In this document: one piece after another, positions 60,654 through 64,000 of the stretch
How the letters are laid out: every line of letters begins with the position of its first letter
Position numbering within the stretch: the first letter of the stretch is position 1
Source of the DNA: an uncultured Corynebacterium sp.
GTDB taxonomy: Bacteria; Actinomycetota; Actinomycetes; Mycobacteriales; Mycobacteriaceae
NCBI RefSeq assembly: GCF_945649885.1
Contig: NZ_CALZFS010000001.1
Span: 2,030-66,029, forward strand
Reading direction: 5' to 3'
DNA: 64,000 bases
Position numbers and translations under genes: made by a program
The notes under the pieces: generated by a model
The model's database searches: none
What the model saw: only the letters and a program-made list of their open reading frames with translations
What the model was told of the DNA's origin: nothing

Positions 60654-61841
60654 TTAGCGGTTATTTCCTGCCCAGTCACCACGGGGGTCAAAACCTGAGC
60701 TCTTCTCCGCTTCGGCATAGGAGCGGAGTGCTTCTACTGCCTGGTCATCCAGCTTTTCCGGCACCTTGACCTGGACGGTCACCATGAGGTCACCGGTTCC
60801 GCTGCGGGTTTCCACACCCCGCCCGCGCACGCGCAGGGTACGGCCATCCGGCGTTCCTGCGGCAAGCTTAAGTTTGACCGGCTTATCCAGGGTCGGAACG
60901 GAGATCGCACCGCCCAGGGCAAGCTCTGAGAAACTCACCGGGATGGTGATGTGGATGTTGTTGCCATCGCGTTCGAATACCGTGTCTTCCTTGACGTGGA
61001 CACGGACGAACAGGTCGCCGGCAGGTTTACCATTCGGGCCTGCCTCTCCCTGCCCCGCCAGGCGTACTTTCTGACCGTCAACCACACCGGCCGGGATACG
61101 GACGGTGATGGAGCGGGTCTTGCGGACAGTGCCGCGGCCACGACAGTCAGAACACGGATCGGTGATGACCTCACCGGTGCCACCACAGTGGGTACAGGGT
61201 GCTGAGAATCCGAAGGCACCCTTGTTCTCTGAGGTGAATCCGGAGCCACTGCACTGCCCACACTTGGAGGGGTTTCCGGACTTGGATCCAGAGCCGTGAC
61301 AGGTGTTGCAGGGCGCATCTCCGGTGAGTTCCACCGGGATGGTCGTGCCCTTGACAGCCTCAACGAACTCGAGGGTGATGTCAGTTTCTACATCCGCCCC
61401 CCGCGTCGGCCTAGCTGACTGGCGAGGACCACTGCCGCGGTTGAAAAGGCCACCGAAGATATCGCCCAAACCGCTGTCCGCAGAAAATCCTCCACCTTGT
61501 CCAGATCCTCCGAAGATGTCGGAGGTGTCGAAGCCCTGCGACGAGCGAAACCCGCCGGGGAAGCCGGCGCCTCCGCTTCCGAATCCTCCACGGATTCCAC
61601 CGGAAGCCAGGAGAGTTTTCAGCTCATCATATTCTTTGCGCTTATCCTCATCGCCGACCACATCATAGGCTTCAGCCGCTTTTTTGAAGCGGTCCTCCGC
61701 AGCCTTATCACCAGGGTTTTTATCCGGGTGGTTTTCCCGCGCGAGTTTGCGATATGCCTTCTTGATGTCATCGGCCGTTGAGGTCTTGGAGACCCCCAGG
61801 TCCGCGTAATAGTCTTTATTTGCCCATTCTGCATTGTTCAC
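60654..61841 (-). CDS. dnaJ: chaperone DnaJ
   Basis: J domain with HPDKNP, a G/F region, and four CxxCxGxG zinc motifs. GTG start with GGAGGAG upstream. Confidence 0.95.
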   Translation of the reverse strand: MNNAEWANKDYYADLGVSKTSTADDIKKAYRKLARENHPDKNPGDKAAEDRFKKAAEAYDVVGDEDKRKEYDELKTLLASGGIRGGFGSGGAGFPGGFRSSQGFDTSDIFGGSGQGGGFSADSGLGDIFGGLFNRGSGPRQSARPTRGADVETDITLEFVEAVKGTTIPVELTGDAPCNTCHGSGSKSGNPSKCGQCSGSGFTSENKGAFGFSAPCTHCGGTGEVITDPCSDCRGRGTVRKTRSITVRIPAGVVDGQKVRLAGQGEAGPNGKPAGDLFVRVHVKEDTVFERDGNNIHITIPVSFSELALGGAISVPTLDKPVKLKLAAGTPDGRTLRVRGRGVETRSGTGDLMVTVQVKVPEKLDDQAVEALRSYAEAEKSSGFDPRGDWAGNNR

Positions 61842-62110
61842 TGGGCATCTCCTCCCCTCAGGTTGTGGTGCGTGAGGTGTGTAAAAGTTTGTTATTCAAG
61901 TTCGTTAATTCACTAATCTATGCAATTATGCCCGTCTCTGCCCATAGTTGCTGAGACGAAAGGCGCGGGGCCTTCCTCAAGACACCGCGCCCCTGTTTCT
62001 GGTGGCTTTATGCCCACCATCGCCCCGGCACTTCTCAGAAGAAGGTGGGGCCGCAAGGGGGCGTACCTGTCACAGCCCGCCCTCTTGCACATCAACCGTT
62101 GCCGGTGATA

Positions 62111-62772
62111 TTACTGCTCCGGATCGGCGATGATGACCATCGCATTGCGGATCAGCTTGTCATTGAAGCGGTAGCCCTTGCGGAGTACCGTGCCAAGAAC
62201 CTTGGTGTCACCTTCGGACAGGTCCTGGACTGCTTCGTGGATCTCAGGATCGAACTCATCACCAGCTGAGCCGAAAGACTCGAGCTTCATGCCGGTGAGG
62301 GTGTTCTTCATCTTGTCCGCGAAAACCTTCAGTGGACCTTCTGTCAGGTCACCGTGCTGCTCAGCCAGGTCCAGATCATCGAGGATCGGGAGCAGCTGGG
62401 AGACAACGTTGGCCTTGGCGGTGTCGATGATGCCTGCGCGCTCACGGTCGGTGCGACGACGGTAGTTGGCGTATTCAGCGGATACCCGCTGGAGGTCCTC
62501 GGTGCGCTCAGCAAGCTGCTCTTCCACACTGGAGACCGCACCATCGCCATCAGCGTCAGGATCGATGTCAGCTAATGCTTCGTCGATTTCCGCTTCTAGC
62601 GCAGGGTCGATTTCGGGTTCAACCCCAGCGTCATCATCGCCGGCTTCCGGATCATCAGCCTGGCGGGCTGCGGATTCCTCCGCTGCGCGCTCTGCAAAGT
62701 CTGCAGAGGTCGCCTCCGGATCGGTGTTCTCGGGATCGCCGGGGTTATCTGGCATTCCGTTGGGGTTGGTCA

Positions 62773-62773
<1 letters not shown>
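62111..62773 (-). CDS. grpE: nucleotide exchange factor GrpE
   Basis: 220 aa. Acidic N-terminus, then a GrpE core ([14 protein letters not shown]..., [18 protein letters not shown]). The ATG overlaps the dnaK TAA by 1 nt. Confidence 0.9.

Positions 62774-64000
<1,227 letters not shown>

Noticed and set aside
61955-61995. Hairpin GGCGCGG...CCGCGCC in the 270-bp grpE-dnaJ spacer, as a possible internal attenuator or HAIR site.
   Set aside because: The stem is short (7 bp) with a weak T-tail, and the CTTGAGG in the loop has no inverted partner. This is not enough to call a terminator or operator.

Overview
High-GC actinobacterial chromosome, almost certainly a Corynebacterium. Gene content and order match the C. 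glutamicum-type core region: mrpACDEFG, def, xthA, cls, glnX-glnH-pknG, ackA-pta, fprA, purT, purA, fba, pyrE, clpB, ald, hspR-dnaJ-grpE-dnaK. About 90% of the window is coding, mostly conserved housekeeping genes. I saw no rRNA, tRNA, CRISPR array, transposase or prophage genes. I cannot point to a clear novel multi-gene system. The best second-look items are: (1) a threefold TxxV-KYDPFA-acidic repeat in an extended PknG N-terminus; (2) a translationally coupled pair of a small protein plus a DUF1023 alpha/beta hydrolase whose N-terminal helical region carries a W-x-G motif (secreted-effector-like); (3) a two-domain rhodanese whose catalytic Cys is Ser; (4) a globin-FNR protein lacking the canonical proximal His and the RxYS Arg; (5) a roughly 1.3 kb low-GC islet with a DUF4230-like gene, a 16-bp tandem duplication across its stop codon, and a nearby untracked 37-aa membrane ORF; (6) two gene-poor segments (37.6-38.4 kb and 46.8-47.2 kb) with coding-like fragments, an in-frame TGA and a slippage-type micro-repeat; (7) head-to-head def and DUF3263 genes with overlapping -10 boxes that predict leaderless mRNAs. 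Regulatory motifs (HAIR, RamB-like cores) and terminators were called by eye. All family assignments come from motifs visible in the translations, not from database searches.
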